From IMG/VR virus record IMGVR_UViG_3300046692_000581: a DNA stretch of 64,000 bases; one strand, given 5' to 3'. A program made the translations under genes and the position numbers. This document shows positions 1-10,267 of this stretch, in pieces. How positions within the stretch are numbered: position 1 is the stretch's first letter; each line of letters starts with the position of its first letter. The notes beneath the pieces are model-generated. The model searched no databases and was not told the origin of the DNA. It saw only the letters and a list, made by a program, of their open reading frames with translations. Source of the stretch: an uncultured virus (IMG/VR IMGVR_UViG_3300046692_000581) (taxonomy: Duplodnaviria; Heunggongvirae; Uroviricota; Caudoviricetes).

Positions 1-882
1 TTATGGATTGAAAGAATCGGTATTTCCACGAGGCGTCAGTGGATTCAAATAACGAGTCTGATGGGCTTTTAATTTTTGGGGGGTGGTCAGCGTGCTGTTG
101 GCGGAAATTTGCGATAACCAATGGCCTGGGTTTTCCAATCGAGTATTGAAAAATGGTTTTTTGTTTTCCAAGATATTGAGTTCTTTGTCTAGCGCTACGG
201 CATTGTTGTGCATTTGAACAAGCATGCCTTGCGCGTGCAGGGTTGTCAGCAGTGATTTGTTTGGTGACATGCCCTGAGATTTATCTAGAATGACGTGATA
301 AGCGGTTATATTGGAGACAAAGCCATGCATGGCATTCTCAGCAGAGTTAATGCCTTTGTATTGTGCGAGGAGTTCTTTACGCTGATGCATGGATTTGCAG
401 ATTGCGTCTTCATTGTCATGATCAAAGTCGGCTAGCCATCGATCAAAATTCAAGGGCTTAACGTCAACAGAGCCTTTTAGGCGCGATGCCAACAGGCTCC
501 CCACTTCTCGGATTGCTGTGGTTTGATCTTGGAGCAGGTGTTTTTTACTGAAGTCATCTGCGTTTAGTGCGGACGCAAACAGCAGGCATATAATGCCGTC
601 AGACATGTGCATGTCTTCAGGGATGCCTTGTTCTTTGAGATGATCCATGCGCTCACGCAGCTTAGTGGAAAGCAAGCTGTTTGAGACGTCTACGATGTCC
701 TTTGCGCTACTCATGCCATTTTGAAACGCTTTCTTAATCAGATAGCGAATTGGATCTTCGGTAGAGGGCTCTCTCCAGGCGATGGAGCTAAAGTCCCATG
801 TTTGTTTGATGACGCGCTCACATTCTAAGCACTCAAATTCGCTGTCGAGTTCCTGTGGCCTCGATTTTTGTTGTGAGGTCAT
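1..882 (-). CDS. hypothetical protein (293 aa)
   Basis: Long ORF with stop at 1-3; no recognisable motif. Confidence 0.7.
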   Translation of the reverse strand: MTSQQKSRPQELDSEFECLECERVIKQTWDFSSIAWREPSTEDPIRYLIKKAFQNGMSSAKDIVDVSNSLLSTKLRERMDHLKEQGIPEDMHMSDGIICLLFASALNADDFSKKHLLQDQTTAIREVGSLLASRLKGSVDVKPLNFDRWLADFDHDNEDAICKSMHQRKELLAQYKGINSAENAMHGFVSNITAYHVILDKSQGMSPNKSLLTTLHAQGMLVQMHNNAVALDKELNILENKKPFFNTRLENPGHWLSQISANSTLTTPQKLKAHQTRYLNPLTPRGNTDSFNP

Positions 883-935
883 GGTTAATCCAAAAAGACA
901 TAAATATTCTCTATTTTAACATAAATATCAGTTGG

Positions 936-1892
936 TTAGTCGCGCAAAAGCTGAAGGCATCCTTTGTTTCGAACAATCCTTGCACCCGTGATTTTGTAGT
1001 TGGGTTTTTGGCCTTGCTTTGCCAACGCGACTTCGTTGTAGATAAGCATGGTCTTATCTTCCCTTGGGGCGATAACTCCCGATGAAATGACCCAGTGGCG
1101 GATGACAAGGCGGATCTCAACGGGGGCCAGCTTTTTCAGCTCATCAATGACAAGATCTCCGGCGTTGTTGGTGACCTTTTCCAAAAGCTGCTTGGCGTGA
1201 ATTTCAACGATTTCATTTTCATCATTGAGAATCCTGGCCGTACGTTTGGTTGCCGTCAAAATGCCTTCCCATCGCTTTTTAAGCAGAGGGATGATTTCAT
1301 GGCGCAAGAAATTTCGATCAAAACAAGAATCTTGGTTGCTTTCATCTTCAATCCACTCCAGCCCTTTCGCACTGGCGTATGCAAGGATTTCTGTTTTTTG
1401 CACTTCAAGCAATGGCCGAATTAGGGATCGTCCTGAATCATCAATGGACATGGGGGCCATGCCGCGCATTCTGAGAGCGCCTGCGCCTCGTTTCAGCGCG
1501 ATCAGCATGGTTTCCAGCTGATCGTCTAGGTGGTGCGCAAGCAGGATCTGAGAGCCTTCTGGTGACTCGCTGAAAAGAGCTTCATATCGTGCCTTCCTTG
1601 CGACGTCTTCAAGGCTGTCCCCTGCCCTCTTATTGAGCGTTACCCGGCAGACCTTCAATTCGATGTTCATTGAGAGGCACATTTTTTCCAGGAACTGGGC
1701 CCAGGCATCGGCGTTTTGAGAAAGGCCGTGATGAACATGAATGGCAAGAAGGCGTTGCCCCGGCTGTAGAATTTGATTGGCCATTGACGCCAGAACCACA
1801 GAATCAACTCCACCAGACAAGGCAATAACAATGGGCTTGTCGTGCTTAAGGGTCCCTGAAAGATTTCGGAGTGCAATCTCAATATTCTTCAT
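936..1892 (-). CDS. tilS: tRNA(Ile)-lysidine synthetase, short form
   Basis: PP-loop ALSGGVDS, HVHHGL, ARKARY, AHHLDDQLET, LIRPLL, EDESN, RNFLRH motifs; 318 aa, appears to lack the distal C-terminal domain. Confidence 0.95.
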   Translation of the reverse strand: MKNIEIALRNLSGTLKHDKPIVIALSGGVDSVVLASMANQILQPGQRLLAIHVHHGLSQNADAWAQFLEKMCLSMNIELKVCRVTLNKRAGDSLEDVARKARYEALFSESPEGSQILLAHHLDDQLETMLIALKRGAGALRMRGMAPMSIDDSGRSLIRPLLEVQKTEILAYASAKGLEWIEDESNQDSCFDRNFLRHEIIPLLKKRWEGILTATKRTARILNDENEIVEIHAKQLLEKVTNNAGDLVIDELKKLAPVEIRLVIRHWVISSGVIAPREDKTMLIYNEVALAKQGQKPNYKITGARIVRNKGCLQLLRD

Positions 1893-2164
1893 GTTTGGGT
1901 CACATTAACTAAAGTATAAAATATAGCAACAATGTAAATTTAAGTCAATAAAAATGTCATTTTTCTCAATCGGACAATTAGCGTGTCAAGGTGGTTGACT
2001 TTTAGATTTCGCTTACATAATATATATTTAAGCAATATTTGCAGCGTTTTAAGTGCTTCTTCCCTTGAGTCTTTGTATATCAAGGTGGTTTGTATGGATG
2101 GTGTTTAGGGCGCCGTGATGAGCAGTAGATTGATTTCTTTAACGACAATTCAAATAGGTGATTT

Positions 2165-2341
2165 ATGAGCATTACAAGCATTTCAACGCCTCAGCGCCAG
2201 AAGATCATTAACTCGATGGAGTTGGAGGTCAGCCTCATTTCTCGATTACTGACTTCACTTGAACATCAGATTCCAGTGCATGAGGCTAAGCGCCGTGGTC
2301 GTCCGCGACTGCGTGCGTTACCGGCAACTCAAGCGTCTTGA
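2165..2341 (+). CDS. 58-aa protein with AT-hook-like motif (KRRGRPR), not in ORF track
   Basis: SD-like AGGTG upstream of ATG; MSITSISTPQ...AKRRGRPRLRALPATQAS*; followed by terminator. Confidence 0.7.
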   Translation: MSITSISTPQRQKIINSMELEVSLISRLLTSLEHQIPVHEAKRRGRPRLRALPATQAS

Positions 2342-2354
2342 TGTTTATGTTTAC

Positions 2355-2386
2355 AAAAGCTCGGTATTCCGGGCTTTTGTTTTTTG
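2355..2386 (+). terminator. intrinsic terminator
   Basis: AAAAGCTCGG-TATT-CCGGGCTTTT hairpin followed by T-tract. Confidence 0.75.
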
Positions 2387-2387
2387 A

Positions 2388-3116
2388 TTGTGTACAGTGT
2401 TCGCGAAAGGCTATGTGATAAAGTCCTTAAAGGTTAAATTTAAAAATGAGGCTGCTGTGACTGATCTTTCTGTCAATCAAAGGGAGTGGAGTCATTACTT
2501 TTCTGATGACTCAAATTTTGTAAAGGCGTGGATGTTTTTGCCTGAAGATCTTGCTGAGAAATGTTTGTCGGGCGAGGTGACGAGGCCGTCTTTCGAATTG
2601 GCAATGGAGCAAGGGGATTACTCTGCGGCATATCACTGGATGAAGAGCGCGATGTTGCGTGCGGGTATTCAGCCATCGGCGGGCACAATCTTCAATCAGT
2701 CTCCATGGTGGTGCTGGATCCAGGCGGAAAATGGCAGGAATGTGCCCAGTGCCTGCAATGGAAATAATGGCCACGCATTGCTGGAGCTTCGTATCCCTAC
2801 TGCAAGTCTATTGATCTCTGAATTTTCAGCTTGGCATGCAGTAATCAATAACTGGTTTCTGTCGAAAACAGAAGCGGATGAGGAGCAGTTTGAGGCAGAG
2901 CTAAAGGCAGCTGGTGTCACATTGCAGGCAGGACAAGTTGTGCCAAAGGTATTTCAAGAGAGGATATGTCATTCTTGGGATGCGATTTTTGACATGAACG
3001 GTCTTGGTGAGTATTGGAGTGGTCCCATGCCGGAAAAGATGCTCCAGGCTGTCTTTTGGGAGCTGACACCGGAGATGATTGTCGGTCGCGTGTCCCCTGC
3101 CCCCAATCCAGAATGA
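2388..3116 (+). CDS. DUF3841-like protein
   Basis: PWWCW, LLELRIP, AWHAVINNWFL, SWDAIFD, QAVFWEL pattern; true start probably slightly downstream. Confidence 0.65.
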   Translation: MCTVFAKGYVIKSLKVKFKNEAAVTDLSVNQREWSHYFSDDSNFVKAWMFLPEDLAEKCLSGEVTRPSFELAMEQGDYSAAYHWMKSAMLRAGIQPSAGTIFNQSPWWCWIQAENGRNVPSACNGNNGHALLELRIPTASLLISEFSAWHAVINNWFLSKTEADEEQFEAELKAAGVTLQAGQVVPKVFQERICHSWDAIFDMNGLGEYWSGPMPEKMLQAVFWELTPEMIVGRVSPAPNPE

Positions 3117-3209
3117 CAACCCGCGAATGCGGGTTGAGTGTCCAGCGTCTGGTCTTGGCTGTACAGGTGACGTTACTCTGGGCAATTGGAAATTTTTCAA
3201 GAGAAGCTG

Positions 3210-3701
3210 CTACGCAGCGCTCTCGGCGCACTCATCATCAATGAATTCAACGCCGAAAATATCACTGGCTAGATCAATGTCGCCGGAAACTTCGGCGTCA
3301 ATGGTCATATCACTCCGGATGATGGCGGCGCAAATTCTGTGATTCCCGTCCGTATATGGCCACACAGGAATAAAGCCAAGACTTGGAACGCCGACGTCTA
3401 TTTGAATGTTGTCGTTCCATCCAGAATGAACAAGAAAGGCAATTCTTTCCGCGTGCTGTTGTTGATTGGGCAGCTGATTTTTGCTCTCAGCTACCGTTTT
3501 GCTCCATTGCTCGTGATCAAGGAACTTGCCTTGTGCAATAGCCTTCTTAACTCTGGCTTTGGTAACAATGCCGCATTTCCAGACATTAAACGAGAATGGC
3601 GATTTAAAGGCTTCGATGGCCGCAACTGGGATGAGTGTACTCATTGATGCCTCACTAATGATTTGTTGGTTCAGAGTAGGCATGCAAAAAAACCGTGTCA
3701 A
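3210..3701 (-). CDS. hypothetical protein with ParB/Srx-like DGNHR motif
   Basis: YTDGNHRICAAI. Confidence 0.5.
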   Translation of the reverse strand: MTRFFCMPTLNQQIISEASMSTLIPVAAIEAFKSPFSFNVWKCGIVTKARVKKAIAQGKFLDHEQWSKTVAESKNQLPNQQQHAERIAFLVHSGWNDNIQIDVGVPSLGFIPVWPYTDGNHRICAAIIRSDMTIDAEVSGDIDLASDIFGVEFIDDECAESAA

Positions 3702-3722
3702 TAAGATACATTTGTAGCAAAC

Positions 3723-3746
3723 AAAAAACCCGCCGAAGCGGGTTTT
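3723..3746. terminator. intrinsic terminator downstream of the Sel1-repeat gene
   Basis: AAAAAACCCGC-CGAA-GCGGGTTTT. Confidence 0.75.
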
Positions 3747-3755
3747 GTATTGGTA

Positions 3756-4721
3756 TCAGTTTGAGTTCCAGGGAGTGATCTGGCCTTGAAGGTCAGCAAT
3801 GAGCGAACCCAGGACTTTTTTGCTGGCATCATCTGTCGCCAGTTTGGTTTCGACAACGGCAAGGAGTTCTTTCGCTTGCAGGTGCTTCTGAGAGGATGAT
3901 CCCAGGAGCCAAGCATAAGCTTCCATGGTGCTGGTTACACCGGTAATGGATGAACTTTTCGGGAATTTGCCCTCGCTCAGGCCCTTTCCTAGCTCAAACA
4001 TGGCTTCCGAGTCATTGGACTTGGCCGACTTGAGGAAGAGGTCTCTTGCATTCATGTAGTTACCCTGAGCCATCGCCTCGCGACCCAGTTGAAGCTGGGC
4101 TTTCGGTTGACCCATGTTGGAAGCTTCCTTGAGGGAAGTTTTAGCCAGGGCTGGCTTATCTACACGTGTTGCGAGGACGGAAAGGTAATACGCCGCATCA
4201 GCGTCACCCTCTTCCGCTGCTTCTGCAAGGTACTTGAGTCCCTTGGAGTCATTGTTCAGGAATGGAAGGCGAAGGTTGCCATAAAAAAGCCCCATTTCGC
4301 GTTTTGCACGCTTGTCATCCTTCGCTGCATCCTTCATCAGATCAATGCCTGCTTCCTGATTTTTGGCAGTGCCGATGCCGTACATGTTGAACAGGCTGGC
4401 GGTAATCTTGCCATCAGCGGATCCGAGGGTTGCCGCTTGATTATAGTGTTTAAAGCCCTTTTCGCGGTCCATCGGTGCGCTCTGGCCCTGCGTGTATATT
4501 TTCCCCAGTTCAAGAGCTGCTTTGGCGCTGCCAAGCGTTTCCGCCTGCTCTAGCGCGGTGAATTGAGCTTGAGTGTTTCCACTCTGGGCGGACGTTTGTG
4601 CCAGAGTCAGGAGGCGATCTTGCTCAGCGAGCACTTGAGGGTCCTGTGTGTGGCTAAAATTGGATGCGCACCCAGTTAACAGAAGGGTTGCGGCGAGTGC
4701 GGAGAGAGTAAGCTTGCGCAC
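3756..4721 (-). CDS. Sel1/TPR-repeat lipoprotein
   Basis: Lipobox LLLTGC; repeated A..LG..Y..G / AAEEGDADAAYYL / AMFELG units. Confidence 0.85.
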   Translation of the reverse strand: MRKLTLSALAATLLLTGCASNFSHTQDPQVLAEQDRLLTLAQTSAQSGNTQAQFTALEQAETLGSAKAALELGKIYTQGQSAPMDREKGFKHYNQAATLGSADGKITASLFNMYGIGTAKNQEAGIDLMKDAAKDDKRAKREMGLFYGNLRLPFLNNDSKGLKYLAEAAEEGDADAAYYLSVLATRVDKPALAKTSLKEASNMGQPKAQLQLGREAMAQGNYMNARDLFLKSAKSNDSEAMFELGKGLSEGKFPKSSSITGVTSTMEAYAWLLGSSSQKHLQAKELLAVVETKLATDDASKKVLGSLIADLQGQITPWNSN

Positions 4722-4871
4722 GGAATGCTCCTAAGCAGTTATTTTCAATATAATAACAGGAAAATGCACGTTGAGTGAGCGAAAGAAATAATTCATGATA
4801 ATTTCGATATATTGACAATTGCATTGACCTTGCGTATAGTGACGCTACCAAATTTAAAGAAGAGTGATGAC

Positions 4872-5612
4872 ATGCGATTGGTCAGCAAAAACAATGTGCG
4901 CGATTATTATGACAAGATGATCAGCTTCGGTATCGACCCTGCTGTTGTTTATGTCCGTAAACGTGAGCTGTTCACGTTGAGTTGGAATGCTGATGCTCGC
5001 CTGCGTAATATTGCGCAATCTGCCTACGGGGCGGCTATGCGCCACTGCCGTTTCTCTTTGGAAAACTCTCATTCGGCTCGTTACGAGGAAAAGGCGCACA
5101 AGGGATTTGTTGGATTTTGTGGTGTCCTTTACCCCTTTCTGTGCGTCTATACAAAAAAGGCGAAGCTTGAAGTTTGGCAAGTTGAAGACTTCATTTATGG
5201 CAAGCCGGGCATCGAATGTTACGATAAGCAGTTCTTCTACAGCGAAGAGGATATTTTGCGGTTTTCGGAGAAAAACCCCGAGCATCCAGGCATTCAAAAG
5301 CTGATGAAAGAAGAAAGGATTGCGGGGTATTTTCAAGTCAGTGAGTATGGTGCGATTTTTGATGAACTTGAAGTTCCTTTGGTTGCAGTAAGTGACGAAG
5401 GCCTTCATGTGAACCCATGCCTCCAGGACTTTTCGTTTGCTCGTGTAAAGCCAGGAGAGCAGGCCTTTCAGGAAATCTCGGCATATATTTCTGGTGTTCT
5501 GAACACGAAAAATGCCATGAAAATTTCCAAATTGAGCGACACGGATATGGCCGTGTCGAAGGGTTTCGATAAGCGAAGCTTTCGTCGGGATCCACAAAAA
5601 CGTCGGGTGTGA
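4872..5612 (+). CDS. hypothetical protein
   Basis: Long ORF; likely start MRLVSK. Confidence 0.7.
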   Translation: MRLVSKNNVRDYYDKMISFGIDPAVVYVRKRELFTLSWNADARLRNIAQSAYGAAMRHCRFSLENSHSARYEEKAHKGFVGFCGVLYPFLCVYTKKAKLEVWQVEDFIYGKPGIECYDKQFFYSEEDILRFSEKNPEHPGIQKLMKEERIAGYFQVSEYGAIFDELEVPLVAVSDEGLHVNPCLQDFSFARVKPGEQAFQEISAYISGVLNTKNAMKISKLSDTDMAVSKGFDKRSFRRDPQKRRV

Positions 5613-5628
5613 TTTTGTTGGGGGAAGC

Positions 5629-6009
5629 GTGAAAATGATCGGTAAAAGTATCGTGTGTTTGGTGTGTTCTCTGCTGTGTGTGGGGGTCTTTGCAGCCTCC
5701 TCTCAGGAGCATATTAAGGGCGTCGCCAAATTGCAGGCACTCAAAAATGATGAGTGCCTTGCTGCCTCGAATCATGTGGTTGAGGTGCTGGATCAAATGA
5801 GTGATCTGAGTGCCGTTTACACGGCATCAGGGGGGTCTTTTGAAGAAAAGCCTGCGTTGGCCGATGTTCTGAGGATGGCGCCAGAGAGTAAGGATTCTGG
5901 AGACTCATCACTCGCCATGGAGGCTTACCAGCAGTGTGCCAAGAAGGCTGGGAGCAAGGGCAAGATGGCGCAAGTGGTCACTGCGCCATCCCCACTAGCA
6001 AAATCGTGA
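5629..6009 (+). CDS. putative exported protein
   Basis: Hydrophobic N-terminus ending VFA. Confidence 0.6.
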   Translation: MKMIGKSIVCLVCSLLCVGVFAASSQEHIKGVAKLQALKNDECLAASNHVVEVLDQMSDLSAVYTASGGSFEEKPALADVLRMAPESKDSGDSSLAMEAYQQCAKKAGSKGKMAQVVTAPSPLAKS

Positions 6010-6035
6010 AGTTGGAATACTTCACGATTTCGCCG

Positions 6036-7433
6036 TTAGCCCATTGCCAGATCGTTAGATTTCACTTTTGAGTGTTGCTGAATCAGTTTTTGTACGCTTA
6101 TCGAGTTTTTCATCGTGTAGCGAATGTCTGAAAAATTACCCTGGCACGCGGCGGCAATAAGCTGATGTTCGCAGGGCGGATCGCCATTTTCAATATTTTC
6201 CGCAAAACGAGGAGATCGTTCTTTAGCATCTTCGATAAAATTAAGTGGGGCGTCATCATTACTGATCAGCTCAAACAGTTTGGAGGCGCTGAGAGTGATA
6301 TTGGCTATTTTCTTCGTCATCGCGCCGTCAGTCCGCTTAACAATGAGGCTGTAAGACTGCTCCTGCCCCTTAACCAACTCGCGCTCATTTAATTTTTGTA
6401 GAACGTCCAGTTCCGGAATGCCCCTTCCTGTGTGGACTCTTTTGCCATCGAGTGTTCGAAATGTCTCGACCAGCGTGTAAGACAGCATGATCTGAAATTC
6501 TTCGTCGGCAGTGTGAAATTTCAGAAACTTGTCGGGTTGCAGATTATCCAGAACCTCAACCATTTCTTCGAGCGATTCAGGCTCACACACCTCGGAGTGC
6601 TTGAATTTGTGCAAAACTTTATCGACGTCTTCGTGCTTGTATTGATCGATATAGTCCTTCACATCCCAAAAGCCGTCCCTGATATTGAAAACGTCGTCAA
6701 GGGTGTGAACTGATGATGCAAGGCATTGATCGAAGCGATCAAGGATGTGTATCTGGCAGTACTGATGACGAAAGCCTCCATGGTTTTCAGAACACAACTG
6801 CAACTCGGCACACAGTCCAGGCATGCCAATGCTGTCAGCTTGAGGGAAAAACATGTAGGCGACCGACTCGTAGCTCAGTGAAGGCAAGGGGGCGGTGTCG
6901 CATTTGCCTTTGGCTACTTTTTCGGCCTCTTCAAAATAAGGCTCCGTGTGGACGATCCGATAGGTGTGCTCGTCTGCGTAATCGAAGTGCATGACATTAA
7001 AGGCGCTGTAGCCTTCATCCAGGCCATTTTTGCTCAACTCTGGATCTCCCACAACGCTTTGGATGGCGATGGCTGGATCTTCAGTAAGTACATACAGCGT
7101 ACCTTCTTTAGCTGCCCTTTCGTTCCAATCAAACACGGGATTACTGAAATAAACGGGATGACTCCACCCTTCAAGCTCGCGGTCGGCGATCAAAAAGCAT
7201 TTTTTGTCCGGTGTGCTGGGCGCAGTTTGAATTTCGCGTAAGCGAGCGGCCATGCGATCTTGCAGTTGCGCGAACGCAGGTTCGTTCTCGCGGGTTTGTT
7301 CTGCGTCAGCCACCGTCAGCATTCGAATAAAAGAATCGGAGAGAAAGTAATGACGCCCCGTAGCTTGGCACTTTACGTGATCATGATCGGTGGTCCAAAC
7401 ATCGCCCAATCTGGTGGTAATTGTTTTTTTCAT
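6036..7433 (-). CDS. hypothetical protein (465 aa)
   Basis: Long acidic ORF with AGGAG SD. Confidence 0.8.
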   Translation of the reverse strand: MKKTITTRLGDVWTTDHDHVKCQATGRHYFLSDSFIRMLTVADAEQTRENEPAFAQLQDRMAARLREIQTAPSTPDKKCFLIADRELEGWSHPVYFSNPVFDWNERAAKEGTLYVLTEDPAIAIQSVVGDPELSKNGLDEGYSAFNVMHFDYADEHTYRIVHTEPYFEEAEKVAKGKCDTAPLPSLSYESVAYMFFPQADSIGMPGLCAELQLCSENHGGFRHQYCQIHILDRFDQCLASSVHTLDDVFNIRDGFWDVKDYIDQYKHEDVDKVLHKFKHSEVCEPESLEEMVEVLDNLQPDKFLKFHTADEEFQIMLSYTLVETFRTLDGKRVHTGRGIPELDVLQKLNERELVKGQEQSYSLIVKRTDGAMTKKIANITLSASKLFELISNDDAPLNFIEDAKERSPRFAENIENGDPPCEHQLIAAACQGNFSDIRYTMKNSISVQKLIQQHSKVKSNDLAMG

Positions 7434-7544
7434 AAAGTCTCCTTTTATTTATTATATCAAAAAAGGCGCTGCTCGTAGCAACCAAAGATGATGGGGATGC
7501 GCACAGTAAAACAGAGCCTTTGGCTCTGTTTATGTTGGGGCGAT

Positions 7545-8228
7545 TTAAATCGAAAGGTCACTTCCGGTGGGTTTTGAGTCTTTAAACAGGCGCTTTTTGT
7601 CTTCCAGGTACTCACCGATATCCACGGAGGCGTCCAGAACGAGCAGGCTTGCTCTGGTAACGGCAATGTTGGAGACGTCAAACAGTTCGGAGTTATTGCC
7701 GAGCCGATGAAATTCGCCTGAATCTTCGCCATTGAGCAATTCTTCAGTGGTGTAATCGCCTTCATTGACCTTAAAAATGGCGATGTCAGGATTGTGCTTC
7801 AGACGCTTAACTTCGTGGTCGGCCAACTCATCCAGTGCATCGGATTCATTGTCTGCGTATACGCCGTATGCTACCGAGAAATTTCCAGCGGGGAGTTCGA
7901 TGGAATAAGCGTGCTGAGTAAATTCCTTGTCGCCTGGATTGACAAAGTGCGTCACAGGCATCGCGGTGTCTTTTGTTTGCAAGTACATGCTTTTCTCGGG
8001 CTCAGATCGCTCCCAGATGGCCTGCGCATTTGCGTCAGGGCCATAGATGGCAATCAGGTCATTCAGCTCAATTTGTAGATCGCTGATTACCTGAGGGCTA
8101 AAGTTAAGAATGTCTTTTGCCACGACATTAAGTTTGTCATCAACGGTGTCCAGATCCAGCAATTCATTTGCGGGCTTATTTTGATTGACCGTGAAAATTA
8201 CCATATCCAAATTTGGTGATGGGTACAT
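7545..8228 (-). CDS. hypothetical protein
   Basis: ORF with GGAG SD. Confidence 0.75.
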   Translation of the reverse strand: MYPSPNLDMVIFTVNQNKPANELLDLDTVDDKLNVVAKDILNFSPQVISDLQIELNDLIAIYGPDANAQAIWERSEPEKSMYLQTKDTAMPVTHFVNPGDKEFTQHAYSIELPAGNFSVAYGVYADNESDALDELADHEVKRLKHNPDIAIFKVNEGDYTTEELLNGEDSGEFHRLGNNSELFDVSNIAVTRASLLVLDASVDIGEYLEDKKRLFKDSKPTGSDLSI

Positions 8229-8280
8229 TACATGTTCTCCGATATAATTAAGTTATTATAGCACATTTTGCATCAGCAAT

Positions 8281-10170
8281 TTAGACCTCAATTAGCTCTT
8301 TCGGTATCTTTTGAAAGAAAAACTCTTCGGTTTTCGCTGCTTTGACATTGGAGTCAGGGAAGGCATTTGGATCGTTGACACGAGACATAAACAATTGATG
8401 TTTGACTCGCGTCAGTGCCACGTACGCAACCCGGCGTTCTTCCTCTTCCTGCTCTATGTCGCCCTTACTTTTTTTGTTCGGGTATGTGCCGTCCTTGAGC
8501 GCGGGGAGAAAGCAGTAATCGGCTTCTGTGCCCTTGGCGCTGTGGATCGTGATCAGGGTCACGGTGTTGCGCTTGTGCTTGTTCGCCAATTGGGAGAATG
8601 TTGCGGGCTCAAGGGCGATGTCGTCAAGCAGGCTGTCCAGTGAGGAGAATCCTGACGCGTAGTCGCACAGGGCTTGCACATCGTTGATGCGCTCCCTGTT
8701 TTTGTCATATTTTTTGATCTGAAGGATTTCTGGCATGTAACCCGCGACAATGCCAATCGCCTCGGCAGGCTTATTTTTCAGTAACAGAAGTTGCTGGTAA
8801 ATTTGCGTAACCGAATGGCTTGAGCCGAAAACACTGTGCAGCGTCGACACAATGGCTTGTTTATTGCCCTTGCACGCCATGATCTGAGGAATCGTTTTGT
8901 TGGCCTTGGCTGCTCCTACGCCCTTCCACAGGGTAAGAAAGCGCATCCAGGCGATTTCATCATCGTGGTTGGTGGTGATTCTAATCACGCTGATCAGGTC
9001 TTTGATGTGCGCTGTTTTGTAGATATTGTCACCGCCGATGACCTGAAACTTCACCTCGTGCTCAATCAGTGCTTTTTTGATGTGCATTCCATCAAAAGAG
9101 GATCTGAAAAGCACCATGATCTCACCGGGATCTACATCGCTGCTGACCAGCTGTTTGATGGTCGACGCAACCCATTGCGCTTCGGAAAACGGACTGTAGA
9201 ACTCCTTGACGATGGGTTTGTTGCCACCAGTGCCTTTTCCGGACACAAGCTCTTTTCCATATTCCAGCGTGGATTTATTAATGAGCCAGTTGGCAATATT
9301 GAGGTTTTCTTGATGGCTGCGGTAGTTGGTCACCAGACTGAATAATTCGCTGTTTGGAAACTTATCTGAAAAGCTGTGAATGAGGTTAAAATCACTGCCT
9401 CTGAATTTATAAATTGACTGCTTCGGGTCGCCGACGCAGAATAGACGCGTACTGCGCATGGTCATGAATTTCAAGAATAAAAATTGGATTGGGTTGGCAT
9501 CTTGGAATTCATCGACAAGTACTTCATCAAATGCTCCGCACATCAATTCTCTGAACTCTGCATTGCTTTTAATTTTGGCGCAAAATCGGATCAGCAGGTC
9601 ATCAAAATCCATGTAGCCACGGTTCTTCTTGTGATCTTCGTAGGCAGCAATAATTTCATCAGCAACAGGAATGAGTGTTGAATCAATTCTCAATGTTGGC
9701 AGGTAACTTGAAAGTGCTATGCAGGTGTTTTTGCAGTAAGACCAAGTTTCAATCAAAAAGTCGGCTGGCGGCATGGTTTCCGCAGGTAATCCTTTAGCGG
9801 CGGCATAGTTGGCAATTACCACTTTCATGAGGCTTTTTTGATCCTGCCCATCGATAATGGTGAACCGTTTCTCACTGAAAAACTGTGGATGATCGATCAT
9901 CACCGAAAGAACGTAGGCGTGAAAGGTCTTCATCTGAAGGTCGTCGACCTTGGGCCCCAGCGTTTTTCTCAATCGAGACTTCATATCTCTTGCACTGCGA
10001 TTGGTGAAGGTCACGGCCAGGATTCTGCTTGGCTTGATCTTTTGTTTGATCAAAAAGCGAATGCGTTCAACCAGGGTCGTTGTTTTTCCAGTGCCAGCAC
10101 CGGCCAATATCAGCAGATTTTTTGCGGAGCCAGTGTAATGAGCGGGCAATTTCTGTTCGGCATTTAGCAT
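8281..10170 (-). CDS. UvrD/Rep/PcrA-family SF1 DNA helicase
   Basis: AGAGTGKTT, VTFTNRSA, LVDEFQD, VGDPKQSIYKFRG, NYRS, TIHSAKG.E, EERRVAYVALTR. Confidence 0.95.
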   Translation of the reverse strand: MLNAEQKLPAHYTGSAKNLLILAGAGTGKTTTLVERIRFLIKQKIKPSRILAVTFTNRSARDMKSRLRKTLGPKVDDLQMKTFHAYVLSVMIDHPQFFSEKRFTIIDGQDQKSLMKVVIANYAAAKGLPAETMPPADFLIETWSYCKNTCIALSSYLPTLRIDSTLIPVADEIIAAYEDHKKNRGYMDFDDLLIRFCAKIKSNAEFRELMCGAFDEVLVDEFQDANPIQFLFLKFMTMRSTRLFCVGDPKQSIYKFRGSDFNLIHSFSDKFPNSELFSLVTNYRSHQENLNIANWLINKSTLEYGKELVSGKGTGGNKPIVKEFYSPFSEAQWVASTIKQLVSSDVDPGEIMVLFRSSFDGMHIKKALIEHEVKFQVIGGDNIYKTAHIKDLISVIRITTNHDDEIAWMRFLTLWKGVGAAKANKTIPQIMACKGNKQAIVSTLHSVFGSSHSVTQIYQQLLLLKNKPAEAIGIVAGYMPEILQIKKYDKNRERINDVQALCDYASGFSSLDSLLDDIALEPATFSQLANKHKRNTVTLITIHSAKGTEADYCFLPALKDGTYPNKKSKGDIEQEEEERRVAYVALTRVKHQLFMSRVNDPNAFPDSNVKAAKTEEFFFQKIPKELIEV

Positions 10171-10267
10171 GATGGGATTTTCTTGTTATTTTTATCATGA
10201 TAATTTACCATAAAGCTCCTGTTGTGGCTACATTTCTGTTGGGACGTGATTTATCAAAGGCGAGACA

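Noticed and set aside
936..1892. TilS modifying the C in the atypical tRNA loop
   Set aside because: The gene is about 43 kb away, TilS recognises the CAU anticodon, and nothing in the sequence links the two
3114..3117. Other genes ending in TGAC (3114-3117; also 24440-24443)
   Set aside because: They lack the TTG-TGAC-TCTTGCGTACGG context and the hairpin, and no coding +1 continuation is evident (24444 is TAA)
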